64,000 nucleotides of DNA from positions 124,250,001-124,314,000 of the forward strand of contig NC_086097.1 of the NCBI RefSeq assembly GCF_963921235.1. The letters are read 5' to 3'. The DNA is from Mobula hypostoma. Its lineage: Eukaryota. Position numbers and translations under genes: made by a program. The notes under the pieces were generated by a model. That model was not told the origin of the DNA, searched no databases, and was given only the letters and a program-made list of their open reading frames with translations. This document shows, piece by piece, positions 12,510 through 25,258 of this stretch (position 1 is the first letter of the stretch; the number at the start of each line of letters is the position of its first letter).

Positions 12510-15500
12510 AATTGAATTGACTTTATTTCTTATATCCTTCACATACATGAGTAAAAATCTTCACGTTACGTCTCTGTCTAAATGTGCAATCATAATTATA
12601 ATTTATAAAAAGTAGAACAGTCAATGTAATATAGAGTACACTCAGATCAGCATGAGTTAATCAGTCTGATGGCCTGGTGGAAGAAGCGGTCCCAGAGCCT
12701 GCTGGTCCTGGTTTTTATGCTCCGGTACCGTTTCCCGGATGGTAGCAGCTGGAATAGATTGTGGTTGGGGTGACTTGCATCCCCAGTGATCCTATGGGCC
12801 CTTTTTACACACCTGTCTTTGTAAACGTCCTGAATCATGGAAAGTTCACAACTACAGATGTGCTGGGCTGTCTGCACCACTCTCTGCAGAGTCCTGCGAT
12901 TAAGGGTGGTACAGTTCCCATACCAGGTAGTGATGCAGCCAGTCAGGATGCTTTCAATTGTTCCCCTGTAAAAAGTTCTGAGGACTTGGGGACCCACACC
13001 AAACTTCCACAACCGTTAAGGTGAAAGAGGCACTGTTGTACCTTCTTCACCACACAGCCAGTATTCATAGACCACGTGAGATCCTCGGTGATGATTATGC
13101 TGAGGAACTTAAAGCTGTTCACACTCTCAACCCCAGATCCATTGATATCAGTAGGGGTCAGCCTGTCTCTATTCCTCCTGTAGTCAACCAGCTCCTTTGT
13201 TTTTGCGACATTGAGGGAGACGTTGTTTTGTTGACACCACTGTTTCAGAGAGATGACTTCTTCTCTGTAGGCTGCCTCATTATTATTTGAGATTAGGTCA
13301 ATTAATGTAGTTTCGTCAGAAAATTTAATTAGCAGATTGGAGCTATGGGTGGCGACAGAGTCATGGGTATACAGGGAATAAAGGAGGGGGCCAAGGACAC
13401 AGCCCTGAGGGGTAAATTTGTTGAGGGGTAGAGGTGAGGGAGCTCACTCTTACCACCTGCCGGCTATCTGACAGGTAGTCGAGGAAGCAGCTGAACAAGG
13501 CAGAGTCAAGGCTGAGGTCTCTGAGCTTCTTGTCGAGCCTGGATGGAACTATGGTGTTGAATGCTGAATGGTAGCTCAAGAACAGCATTCTCACATAAAC
13601 ATCCTTCTTCTCCAGATGTGTAAAGCTGGTACGTACAGCAGTGACTACTGCATCAGCTGTCATTCGGTAGGTGAACTGTAGCGGGTCCAGTTTGGGTGGT
13701 AGCAAGCTGTAGACGTAATCCTTAACCAGCCTCTCAAAGCATTTGCTTATTATTGAGCTGAGTGTGACAGGACACCAGTCGTTCGGGAATGTTACCTTGG
13801 TCTTTTTCGGTACAGGGACAATGGTGGATAATTTGAAGCAGGAGGGCACTCTACAATGGTAAAGAGAGGGATTAAAAATGTCAGTAAATACACCCACCAT
13901 TTGTGCTGTGCATATCCTGAGTACTCACCCTGGGATGCCGTTCAATCCCGCAGCCTTGCGACTGTCCACTCTTTGGAAATATCTGCGTACCTCAGTCTCA
14001 GAGATGACCAGGTTGCAGGTTGTAGCGGTGGCTTACCTCACAGGCTCAGAGTCAGGGACATCAAACCGAGGCTAAAAGTAATTGAGCTCATCTGGGAGAG
14101 AGGCCGTGATGTTGGTGGCACCACAACGTTTGGCTCTGAAGTCTGCAATGGTAGGCAGCCCTCGCCACAAGTCACGTATGCTATTCGTTGTGAATCTTGA
14201 CTCAATCTTGTCCCTGTATTGTTGTTTCGCAGCCTTGATAGCTTTGCACAGATCCTAGTTGCTTTTCTTGAGCTCCAGCTGATCGCTGGCGACGTAAGCT
14301 CTATGTCGCATGGTAAGTGCTGCTCGCACAGAACTACTCGTGCAGGGTTTCTGGTTCGGGAAGATCCTGACTGACTTCTGGGGGACAACATCATCGATGC
14401 ACATCCGGATGAAATACGTGACTCCATCAGTGAACGCGGAGACATCCTCATCATGGAAGACATTCCAGTCGACATCATTGAAGCAGTCCTGCAACATGGA
14501 GGCTGACTGGTCCGACCAACAGTGGACAGTTTTAATTATGGCCACCTCTTGTTTCAACTTCTGCCTGTACGTTGGCAAAAGCAGGATCAAAGAGTGATTT
14601 AATTTTCCAAAAGCAGGCGAAGGAGAGCTTTGTAAGCGTTGTGGAAGAGAGTGTAACAATGGTCAAGTATCTTATCTCCACGAGTGCTCACCTGGATGTG
14701 CTGACAAAACTTCAGAGAGATTTTTGTCAGCAACACTCGATTAAAGTCACCAGCAATGATGAAGGCAGCCTCTGGGTGTGCAGTCACCAGCGTGTTAATG
14801 GTCTCGTACAGTTCCTTGAGAGCCAGCTCAGTACCAGCCTGCGGCAGAATGTACACCACTGTGACGATAACAGTCATGAACTCCCTAGGCAGCCAGTAGG
14901 GTCTGCACAGCAGCACCAGGTATTCCAGATCCAGGGAACAAAAGGATTTGAGTGCATGCATATTCTGAGGGTCTCACCAAGCATCACTGACCATGAAGCA
15001 TACCCCTCCTCCTTTACTCTTCCCAGTGAGGTTTTTCAACCTGTCCGCCTGGAACAGGGAGAACCCAGAGGGCTCGATGGCATGATCCGGTATCTCCTCC
15101 ATCAGCCAGGTCTCCATGAAGCACAAAACGTTGCATTCCTTTGTTTCCCACTGGTAGGAGATTCTGGCTCTCAGTTCACAAAGCTTGCTGTCCAGGGACT
15201 GAACGTTAGCCAGGAGTATGCTAGCGAGCGGCCGCCAAATAGCATGCCATCTCAGCCTCACCAGGACACCGGACCTTCTCCCTCGAATCCGGCGTTTCTT
15301 CCAAGGAAGTGGCAGTGTAAGAAAGGAGTCTCCCATGGATTGCACAAGCAGGGGTTCCCAGTGTAGGAAAGGCAGCACACAATGGGTAAATGCCATCTTT
15401 CTGTTGTTCAGAAGGGTCAATCTATCGTATATGATATGACTATCAGCTACTTGAACAGAAAATGCTGAGAAAATCGTAATTAGTAGATTTGGAACGAAGC

Positions 15501-15522
15501 TCGCAACACGGCGCCACCTTGA
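12510..15522 (-). mobile_element. Near full-length Rex1/Babar-type LINE (APE+RT, disrupted)
   Basis: 5' end aaggtggcgccg; LANVQSLDSKL..CFMETWL (APE), AGDFN, ILDHCY and RT motifs; 3' tail aataaagtcaattcaat; frameshifts and stops present. Confidence 0.85.
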
Positions 15523-15801
15523 GCAATCAACAAACTCACTCTCGAGATCCATTACCAATCTGATTTTCCCCAATCAACCTGCATGTTAAAATCTCCCATG
15601 ACGAGGATTCAATATCTTCTGATCCTATGTCACATCTTTCTACTGATTTGATGCCTTTCTTTACCAGCAGAGCTACACCACTCCCTCTGCCTACCTTCCT
15701 ATCCCCGTTATAATAAGTAACCTTGGACATTCAGCTCCCAACTACAACCATCCTTCAGCCACGATTCAGTGCTGGCCACAGTACCATACCTGGCAATCTG
15801 T
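15523..15801 (-). mobile_element. CR1 LINE endonuclease-region fragment (upstream part of 11017-12509)
   Basis: DRKVGRGSGVALLVK..DIGSEDIES peptide; contiguous with the CR1 left of the Rex insertion. Confidence 0.8.
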
Positions 15802-16090
15802 ATTTTCATGCCCAACAGTTTCTATTTTATAAAGAATGGTGTGAAAAATAGAAAAAACATCCAGTGAGCAGTAGTTCTGTGAGTGAAAATGCCTTGTTAA
15901 TGAGGAGAATGGCCAAACTGGTTCAAACTTGACAGGAAGGAGACAATATCTCAAATAACCACACATTATAACAGTGGTGTGCAGAAGAGCATCTCTGAAT
16001 GCACAAAATGTCGAACAATGAAGTGGATGGGCTACAGCAGCAGGAAACCACACTGGGCTCCACTCCTGTACCTCAAAGTAGCCACTGGTG
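15802..16090 (+). mobile_element. Tc1-like transposon, right part
   Basis: QKSISECT..MKWMGYSSRKP HTH remnant and right TIR tgtacct..aaagtagccactg. Confidence 0.75.
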
Positions 16091-16419
16091 TTCTGTGTAC
16101 TGTGTATTGCTGCAACACAACACTAACAGACGATTTAATCCAACAGGACATTTTAAAAAATAACATTCATACCAAGATGAATTCAAAAGGCACAAGAATC
16201 GTTCACGGTTAAATTAAAAGTAGGAAAATTCGCTTGCTTCACTCTTCTACGTCGAAATTGTAAGTTTAGAATCCGAATTTTCAGCTAAATATATACACAT
16301 AATGCTCAATATTTACAACACGGTACAACTTTCTTTTATATTTGCCTATTTAAACATCTCAAGGATGTTCCCTTCCTTGCTGGCAGTCTGTGCAGAAGGT
16401 CAAAAGTTACCATGGACAC

Positions 16420-16942
16420 TATCAGTTATGGTTACCCAACCATTATCTTGCTTGAGTTAACCTTTAGGGAATCCTGCACGAGGACTCCCAAGGCCCTTTG
16501 CTGACTTTGACCTATTTTATCATGTGCCAAGTACTCCAAAATCTCACCCCTGCCTATAATTTCCTTTCTTCTGCCTCCCTCCCTTCTTAAAGAGTGGAGT
16601 AACATTGCCAATTTTCCAGTCCTCGGGAACCATTCCAGAATCTAGTGATTCTTGAAAGATCATTGCTCATGCCTCCATAATCTCTTCAGCTACTACTTTT
16701 CAAAGTAGTGTAGTCCATCTGGTCCAGGTGACTTATCTACAAAGTACCTTCCCCTTGGTAATGGCAACAACATCCAGTTTCACCCACTGACACTCCTGAA
16801 TTTCTGGCATTCTGCTGGTGTCATGCAGTGAAAACTGGTGCAATATACTTATTGACTGGTTCCACCATTTCTTTGTCCCTATCATCTCTCCAGTATCACT
16901 TTCCAGCACTCCGATATCCATTCTTGCCTCTTTTATATACAA
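16420..16942 (-). mobile_element. CR1 LINE fragment with internal deletions
   Basis: Similar to 11400-11930. Confidence 0.7.
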
Positions 16943-17626
16943 AATAGTTTAGAAATTTAATAAAAATTAGTAAGTGTGTAGATCAAAGGCTAGTGCAACT
17001 GTAAAAGCTAAGCAGAAAGTAAAATTATTTTCAGAGCAAAAAAAACATTCAGAGCTGAGTAAGACCAGACATGTCAGTTCTTCCTAATGTGCAATTTGCT
17101 TGTTGCTGGGAACTTACAATGCTGACACTCCCTGCAACTAACATAAAGGGAAATAGAGTGACCCCTCATCCTTGTGGGGAAGCTCTTTGCCTACATTCCT
17201 GACAGAAAGAAAAAAATGAATGTGTTTCACATAGCCAAGCTTCAGCTATAATAATCTTTGGCAGTGCATGCAAGAGCAGAAAGCCAGGACTAGCCAAACT
17301 GCTCTGCAGCTGTTTATAAACTTAAATGGCCATGGACTGCTAATGGGAGTAAGATTCTGGGAATAAAACATACCAGATGGTTGCACAATTTAAGTTATAT
17401 CAAGTAATGTCAATATAATGAACATTTATTGACCTATCTTAAAGGTCCAGCACAGATCAAAGTCACATTATAGATGTATGATGATCTATACAGTACATCT
17501 CTATACAAGATAAGGCAGTTTAAAAGAAACTTTGATTTATATTTTTAAAATGGTTAAAAGTTGCAACCTATCATAGTTCCTTATATAAACCTAATTCAAT
17601 ATAATTATTGTCTTAGAAACACTCAC

Positions 17627-17784
17627 CTTTGATGAAACCATAACAATTTTCAGATAAGGCACTTGTATTTGCTATCAGATGCTAGCAATGCCATTAGAGA
17701 AATATTTTCCAGTTATTCACAGCATACAATTTCATGATTTACAGATCAATTAGCTCCTTGCAAAACAGATTTAGTAACTCAGAC
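17627..17784 (-). other. Candidate internal exon (probably 5' UTR), 158 nt
   Basis: Acceptor tgttactttgcag|G and perfect donor AAG|gtgagt in unique sequence; stop codons inside, no recognisable protein. Confidence 0.5.
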
Positions 17785-18944
17785 CTGCAAAGTAACATTT
17801 TGGTAGGAAGGACAAGGAAACACAACAGGAAGTGCAGTGACAGGGTCCTAGAAACACAGGCTTATAAATCTTTGAAGTTACCACAACAGATTAAGAACAT
17901 TTTTTTTTTAAAGCATATGATATCCTGGGCTTTAAAGGCATTAGAGCAAAGACACTGTGCTGAATCTCTGCAAAATGTTCGTGTTCTCTCAACTAGAGGA
18001 CAATGTCATGTAATCAGATGTGAAGCCTCTGGAGCAGATGCATAAAATACTAGCTAAATTAAAATCAATGACATATCAGAACAGGAATAACTTGAAAGAT
18101 GATTTTGATCAATTCCTTTAAATCAATTGTGTAGATAGAGTGAATACAGAGAAACTATTATCATACGTAGAGCAATCGAGAAGTAGAGGCAAGGTTAAGA
18201 CTTTGCTGCCATAAAACAAAATAAAACATGACCTGTGTCAATGATAATAAACCTCAATCTGATTCTGAAGGATAACTGATAAAAGAACAAGTTTACACAA
18301 GGAAAAGTGTTTGCTCATAGGATGTAATCATGACTTAGAATCCCGACTGAAAAGATGAGAGAAACAGATTTGATATTACTTTTAAGAGATTTAGATAGGA
18401 TAACAGAAGTTATCACACTTTTATTCCAATCTGAGTTTGAAGTAACTTGTAAGTTTAGTTGTCCAAGCTAAATGTACTTTATTTCTTCAGTCACTACTAT
18501 GTCATTTAAGTAAACACAAAGACACCAGACTAAAATCTCAAATCACTTAACATCCAAAGGAGAGACATAAAAAGATAATGCTTTGTATAGGACACTTCCT
18601 CATGACGCCAGTTAAAAAAATTCTTTAGACCTTCCTACTCAGGGGTAGCAACCCAATTTCATTCACTAATTCCAACTTCTTGGTAATTTCATGTACACTG
18701 CAGCTTTGATCATGTGTTTTAGGATTAATTACATTTGTGGTCACTATCATGGTCAATTTTCCAGTAAATTTCAAGTGTTATTATGTAGCTGTTCTTTATC
18801 AATTTCAATTTACTAATAACAGATGCAAGACCAAAGGAATAATAAGATTTCACTTTAACTCACAAAGAACATTCTTAATACAAAAAAGTTAGCTGCTGAG
18901 TATTAACAGTAATTTTGTTACAAAGAAAACTGCTGCTGTTAGAC

Positions 18945-19992
18945 AACTCAGTAGCCACTTTAGTAGGTACCTCAAGTTCCTAATAAAATGGCCATTGAGT
19001 GCATGTTTGTGGTCTTCTGTTGCTGTAGCCCATCCACTTCAAGATTCAACATGTTGTGAATTCAGAGATGCTCTTCTGCACACCACTCTTATAACATGTG
19101 ATTAACTGAGCTCAGGTCACCTTCCTGTCCGCTTGACCCAGTCTGGCCATTCTCCTCTCACCTCTCTCATTAACAAGGCATTAACCTGCTGCTCACTGTA
19201 TTTTGTTTTTGTTCTTCACCATTCACTGTGAACTCTACAGAATGTTGTGCGTGAAAATCCCAAGAGATCAGCAGTTTCTGAGAAACGTCTCTTCTGCCAT
19301 GATGAGGCCACTCAGGTTGGAAGAGCACCACCTCAGATTCCATCTAGGTAGCCTCCAATCTGCTGGCATAAACATAGATTTCTCAAACTTCCAGTAATCT
19401 CCCCCCTTCCCCTTCAATTTCCTACTCTGGCATATTACCTCTTCTCCTCACCTGCCTATCACCTCCCCCAGTGCCCCTCCTTCCCTTTCTCCCATGGTCC
19501 ATGCTCCTCTCCTATCAGATGCCTTCTACTCCAGCCCTTTGCCATTTCCACACATCACCTCCCAGCTTCTTACTTGACCCCCTCCTCAAACCACCGATCA
19601 CCTTCTAGTTTGGCCTCCTTTCCCTCCCCCTCACCTCAGCATCTTCTTATTCTGGCATCTTTCTCATTCCTTTCCAGTCCTGATAAAGGGTCTCAGCCCA
19701 AAACATCAACTGTTTATTAATTTCCATAGATGGTGCCTGACTCGCAGAGTACCTCCAGCATTTTGTGCATATTGCTCTGAGATACTCAAGTCACCCTCTC
19801 TGGCACCAACAATCATTCCAGTCAAAGTCATTTAGATCACATTTCTTCCCAATTCTGGTTTGGTCTGAACAATGACTGAACCTCTTGACCATGCCTGCAT
19901 GCTTCTATGCATTGAGTCACTGCCACATGATTGGCTGATTAGATATTTGCATTAATGAGGTGTGCAGGTGTAGCTAATAAAGTGGCCACTAA
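18945..19992 (-). mobile_element. Tc1-like non-autonomous transposon interrupted by a PLE
   Basis: Same family as 10242/15802, with TIRs at both ends; PLE insertion at about 19284-19775. Confidence 0.8.
19284..19775 (+). mobile_element. Penelope-like element 3' fragment with TSD
   Basis: LRLEEHHLRFHLGSLQSAGINIDFSNF peptide; hammerhead remnant at 19675-19712; tctgaga duplicated at 19277-19283 and 19776-19782. Confidence 0.8.
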
Positions 19993-20569
19993 CAGTATTT
20001 ACATCAGACAACATATATCTTTCTGACTAACAAAGTAGTCTAATCTCCAACAGACAATGGTTAAAATTGTGAATAATTATTGGCAGCTTTTCTGGTAATT
20101 TGACAAAATATGTTCAGTTAGTGTTAGGGAACAAAAGGCTCATGAAAAATATCTGCCCTGCAGCATCCATGTACAATGCAACACTCACTGGCTTCACAAT
20201 TATTCAAACTTCACTACAAGTTGTGGCTAACAGCGCCTTGTTAAACTGCAGGAAAGACTAACAGCAAAATGAGGGAAATTTATATACAAATATGCCACTC
20301 ACTTCCAACAAAAACTACATCACTTAAATGAGCACTTCACAATTCTTCTTGTGCTGTCAGCAATTTCAAAAACTAACAAAGATTTCTAGCCTGCCCAATT
20401 TTCTAGAACACCAGACGATAGGCAAACCTTTACACAAACCATTTTATCAAATCAAAGAATGCTCAACATACTTGAAAGAATGTAAGATTCAAGGAATAAA
20501 AAGGCACCGATCAGGTGGACAATCAGGAGACATTTTCTCAGGAAGGCAATGGCTCTTGAGAAAATGCAA

Positions 20570-20830
20570 GGGTGTAAAATTTTAAGGGGATTGGAGGTAA
20601 TTATGGAGGGGTATGTTTTTTTTAATACAAGCTGAGAATGGTGAGCACATGGAATGCACTGCCACGGGTGGTAGTAGATGCAGATGCATTAGATGTACAG
20701 TAGATGCACATGGATTATTGAAAAATGCAGGGCTACGTGGGAGGAAAGGGTTAAATTGATCTTAGAGTAGGTTAAACAGTCTGCACAATATTCTGGTCCG
20801 AATGGACTAAGCTGTACTGTAATGTTCTAT
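20570..20830 (+). mobile_element. CR1 3' end
   Basis: tttaagggg..tggaatgcactgcca..gatcttagagtaggttaa..tgttctat tail. Confidence 0.7.
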
Positions 20831-21729
20831 AAGCAGTGGCTCTGTAACCTCAAGAATAAAAGTTGAAAGATTAAGTTTCTACATAAATAGATTCTGACTA
20901 CCAAACCTATATTGCTAGAGCTGTACTTTTTTTTTTCGAACAAATTGTTTCGGGGTGAAAAAAAATTATGAACTTGTTCTTTTCAGCCTTTTACTTGTGC
21001 TTCCCCTCAGCTCCGAAAGTGTAACATTCATTAAAGCAAGCAACAAATCACAAGCATGATTTCACACAAAGATTAGTCTAAGAGTTACTAGCACTCTCTT
21101 CAAAAACAGAGCTAACACCTTTAAGTACTTCATAAGCATCATACACACACATATACAAGTTGGTGGTTTTAGCCTTTTAGCCAACTACAGTTTTTTCAAG
21201 TAAATTACAAAAATCTTAATATTAGAATAATATTCACATTTATAAAAAGATAAATAGCTAAAACAAACTAATTAAATAAAAAGAATATTGCACTTCCTAT
21301 TCTGCTACCCATGCATTTCAAATTTCACAACCAGCTGTGACTTTGCCTCCCAGACAGATTTGTGAAGTATACAATTGCTCACCCTATTGCTGAACATTTG
21401 TACAGTGTTACATAATACTGACAATTTTCCAAAAAAGTGATTCATAACCTTCAATATTTAGTATTTCATTTCCACTTCCAAATGAGAATACAGCTTATTT
21501 TGTTATCTTCACCCCCGCACCCACTACCGTCATGATACTCATCCATCTGTAAAGATGACGAAGCGTCTATGTCAGATGAACAGGAAGCGAACAAAATCAC
21601 ATCCATGCTATAATAGCGAGTTACCTGGCTTCAACTTCTTTAGAAACAATTGAATCAAGGGATAGTTGCAAAGCTGGTTGTCTCTGCAAGTGTTAGTAAA
21701 GACTTCTGGCAGACCAGTGTAAAGTTCCA

Positions 21730-22269
21730 CAGACATTACAGAGGTGCGGAAGTATTTGTACCATCAATGGTGCTACTGTACTAAAGCAAACTATCACCTG
21801 CCAAATGTGCAGGGCAACGAACAACACTGCAGTGTATGGACTGCAGCACACAAGGCCTATTCGATATATGAGGGAGCTACTCCTCGTCTCCTGGCTGCAT
21901 TTCAGCCCCACCCTTTTCATTTTTGGCCATCCAGTATGGAGGGGTTAAGAAGGACGATGTCCTAGTTAGCCTGCTCCTGGGGCTGACTAAGATAGCTATC
22001 CACGGCTCCTAGAGACGGGCAATGGAGGGTTCTGCCTGACACTGTTCAGGGAGTCTGCGCATCCCTAGGCTGCTGTGGAAAAATGGTGTCCCTGGGCAAC
22101 ATGGAGGCGCTTCGAGACCATTGAGCACTGTGGGGGATAAATACCATCTTTGATGAGGATGGGAATGTGATTGTTTAGTCTGTTAGTCATGATGTGTCTG
22201 GTTTTTGTTATTGTGCAATAATACGGTAGTGGTTTGAATTTATGATAAATGCATTTTCATAAAAAAAAA
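21730..22269 (+). mobile_element. Tx1-like LINE 3' fragment
   Basis: WLHFSPTLFIFGHPVWRG and DVLVSLLLGLTKIAIH peptide remnants; ends ataaatgcattttcat followed by an A-run. Confidence 0.6.
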
Positions 22270-22619
22270 TGTAGATTTGAGGCTTTTCAGTCACTCCAAT
22301 CTCCACTTCTTCGTAACTATTATCTCTGCAAACTTAGATGCCAATTTGTTATCCTAGTAAATTATTGAAATTTCAGGATACAGCACTCATGTATTTTCCC
22401 AATCAAACTAATTCTCACACCCAAACTAAATTGAGGATCAACTTTATTTGCACGTATTAGGAACTTGTTACGGTGTGTTGGTGCAAAAGGTAATAAAGAA
22501 CATTATAGAGAATGAAGAATGATATAAAAATAAAGTTAGAAGTACAGATATGCAATAAAATACACATTAATAAATAAATACCACATTTTATTCCCAATTT
22601 ACATTAAAATCAAATACAA

Positions 22620-22960
22620 TCATAGAACTCTACAGCACAGAAACAGGTCGTTCGACCCATCTAGTTGATGCTGAAATGTTAATTTGCCTAGTACCATCAA
22701 CCTGCACAGGGACCACAGCTTTCCATTCCCCTCCCACCCATACACTTATCCAAATTTCTCAAATGTTGAAATCGAACCTGCATCCACCACTTGCGCTGAC
22801 AGCTCGTTCCACAATCTCACCACCCTGACTGAAGTTCCCCATCATGTTCCTCTTAAACTTTCACCTTCACCCTTAACCCATGACCTCTAGTTCTCTCACG
22901 CAATCAGAGTAGAAAAAGTTTGCTTACCTACCTATATCCCTCACAATTTTGCATACCTCG
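22620..22960 (-). mobile_element. CR1 3' end
   Basis: catagaactctacagcacagaaacagg tail and RT C-terminal remnant. Confidence 0.75.
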
Positions 22961-23084
22961 ATGATTAATACCAAATTTATGTCACTTTCCTTTGTATCAT
23001 CTGATGTATCCCTCACTTGGTACTTCCATGCAAATACTTCCAGGGCCAGTACTTTGCTCTAACCTGTTGCGAAATACCTTTTTA

Positions 23085-23800
23085 ACTTCAGAATCAAGGT
23101 TAATATCATTGGCATATGTCATGAAATGGGCTGTTTTGCAGCAGCGGTACATTGCAATACATAAAAACTACTATAAATTACAATAAGCATACGAGAAAGA
23201 AATTAAATGCTAAAAGAGATGGAAAAAATAGTGAGGTAGTGTTCATTGGTTCACTGTCCATTCAGAAATCTGATGGTGGAGGAGATGATGTTGTTCCTGA
23301 AACACTGACAGTATGTCTTCAGGCTCCTGTACCACCTCCTCGATGGCAGCAATGAGAAGAGGGCATGCTCTGGGCAATGGGGGTCTTCAATGACAGATGC
23401 CGTCTTTTTAAGGTGCCCTCAACGCTGAGGAGCTAGTGCCCAAGATGGGAGTTAGCTGAGTTTACAACTTCCTGCAGCTTTTCCCTGATCCTGTGCAGTG
23501 CCCCTCCATACCAATTAGAATGCTCTCCACACTATATCTATAGAAATTTGCAAGTGCCAGTGGTGACATACCAAATCTCCTCAAACTCCTACTGAAATAT
23601 AGCCACTGCTGCGCCTTCTCTGTAATTACATCAATACGTTGGGCCCAGGATAAATCTTCAGACATTGATACCCATGAATTTGAAAGTGCTCACTCTCTCT
23701 GATCCTTTGATGAGAACTGGCATGTGTTCCCTCATCTTCCCCTTCCAGAAGTCCACAATCAGTTCCTTGGTCTTACTGACGCTGGACTGCAACACCACTC
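23085..23800 (-). mobile_element. Rex1-type LINE 3' fragment
   Basis: SEDLSWAQRIDVITEKAQQWLYF..FGMSP..NFYR peptide; tail ttcagaatcaaggtt. Confidence 0.75.
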
Positions 23801-24567
23801 ATAGCACTTCTGTTTTCCTTCCCTAGTTTCCTCACTTTATTCCACTCCTGAATTAGCAACTTAGAGCTTCAGAGAAGGTGGTCTCAATTTTCCCCTCGAT
23901 TATATCCTGTGTTAAGGTTTACCTACACCACTGCCATCATGGAACAAGATCTGATGTCCAAGCTGACATCCCGGGAGACAGGTTTAAATTCCAGCCCAAT
24001 GCCAAAAGTACTCATTGAAATGGTATTCTTCCTAAAAATCAAACAATGGCAGTAAGTTTTCCCTAAAGTACCTTAACACCACAAGCACGTTTTGAAAGTG
24101 GCCAAGTACGGTAAGTGCTGCCTGCACAAGAAGTATTGAAAACACCTGCTAACATTACACCTGGCTGCAGGAGCAGACAGTGGCTACATAGAGATAATAC
24201 TTTCCTTTAAAAATATTTTCCATTAACCAAACGATGTAATGATGTGTCATCTTTCTGCCCAACCTAGGAATAGACAGAGAAAGGGGTGGGGGGGGGGGGA
24301 GAAGAGAACTACCCTAATTTCATATTTTTTTTAAAAAAGGAAACTATTTGACAAATCTAGACCTTGCACAAAACCCAAGCACTGAAAAAATACTGTTTGC
24401 AGCAGTATCTTAGAAGTTTGACTTAATGATTCCAGATATCTGGATTAGTTATTCATAACTCTTCAGTGAATACAACAGATCCTATCAATATCCAACCCCC
24501 CTCCCCAAAAAGCAAAAAATAGGACTTCATGGGTCACTGCCAAACAATCGGGTCTGTAGTTTCTTAC

Positions 24568-24650
24568 CTCAAACATCACTGCTATAGCCTTTTGGCATTT
24601 ACTGCCAAAAAAGGCCAGACAGTATACAACTAGCTGTATACACATCATTG
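24568..24650 (-). other. Candidate exon, 83 nt
   Basis: Acceptor ctcattttag|C and donor GAG|gtaaga in unique sequence 1.8 kb downstream of exon 1. Confidence 0.4.
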
Positions 24651-25037
24651 CTAAAATGAGCACTACAGTGCAAATGCTTAGCAGTGGTAAGAAAATAAGC
24701 CAGATATTGTAAAATCCTTTATATGAATTTAAAACCAAAAAACAGGTTTTGCGCAACTTGTTACCTTCCTTCAACCATCAGAAAAATTGCATCAACAGTT
24801 TTAAAATCTGTTACCCTTGTCGTCCTCGGCCTTTTACATCTTCACATCTAAGCAACCCAACACCATCACAAGCACATGGTATTTAAAAAAAAAGACAGTA
24901 ACGCACTGCATAAGAAAGCACACCCAAAGTCAATTTGGATTTCTGCATTTAATTAGAATCAAATTATTCAGCCTCAATAATTTAACTATAGCACGCTCAA
25001 TACATAATCAATAAATTGCAAAGAATAAATACACAGT

Positions 25038-25258
25038 AACACACAAAATGCTGGAGGAATTCTGCAAGTCAGGCAACATCTATGGACAGGAGAAAACGCA
25101 ATGTTTCAGGCCAAGACCTTTCATCAGTCCTGAGTTCCTGTCTCAGCTGGAAACATCAACTCTTTATTCCTCTGCACAGATGCTGCCTGACCTGAGTTCC
25201 TCCAGCATTGTGTGCATGTTACTCTGGATTTCCAGCATCTACAGAATCTCTTGTGTTT
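25038..25258. mobile_element. PLE-derived palindromic mini-element
   Basis: Two PLE termini in inverted orientation (acacacaaaatgctggaggaa..tcaggcaacatct / agatgctgcctgacc..ttcctccagcattgtgtg) with no coding sequence. Confidence 0.75.

Noticed and set aside
14572..15366. 264-aa plus-strand ORF
   Set aside because: Antisense shadow of the minus-strand LINE endonuclease region.
21449..21685. Possible minus-strand exons (about 21449-21546 and 21625-21684)
   Set aside because: One has a weak donor (gttatg) and the other a branch point too close to the AG; no recognisable peptide. Left unresolved.
24570..24650. C/D snoRNA or iron-responsive element
   Set aside because: ATGATGT is not a full C box, there is no terminal CTGA, and the loop lacks CAGUGN.
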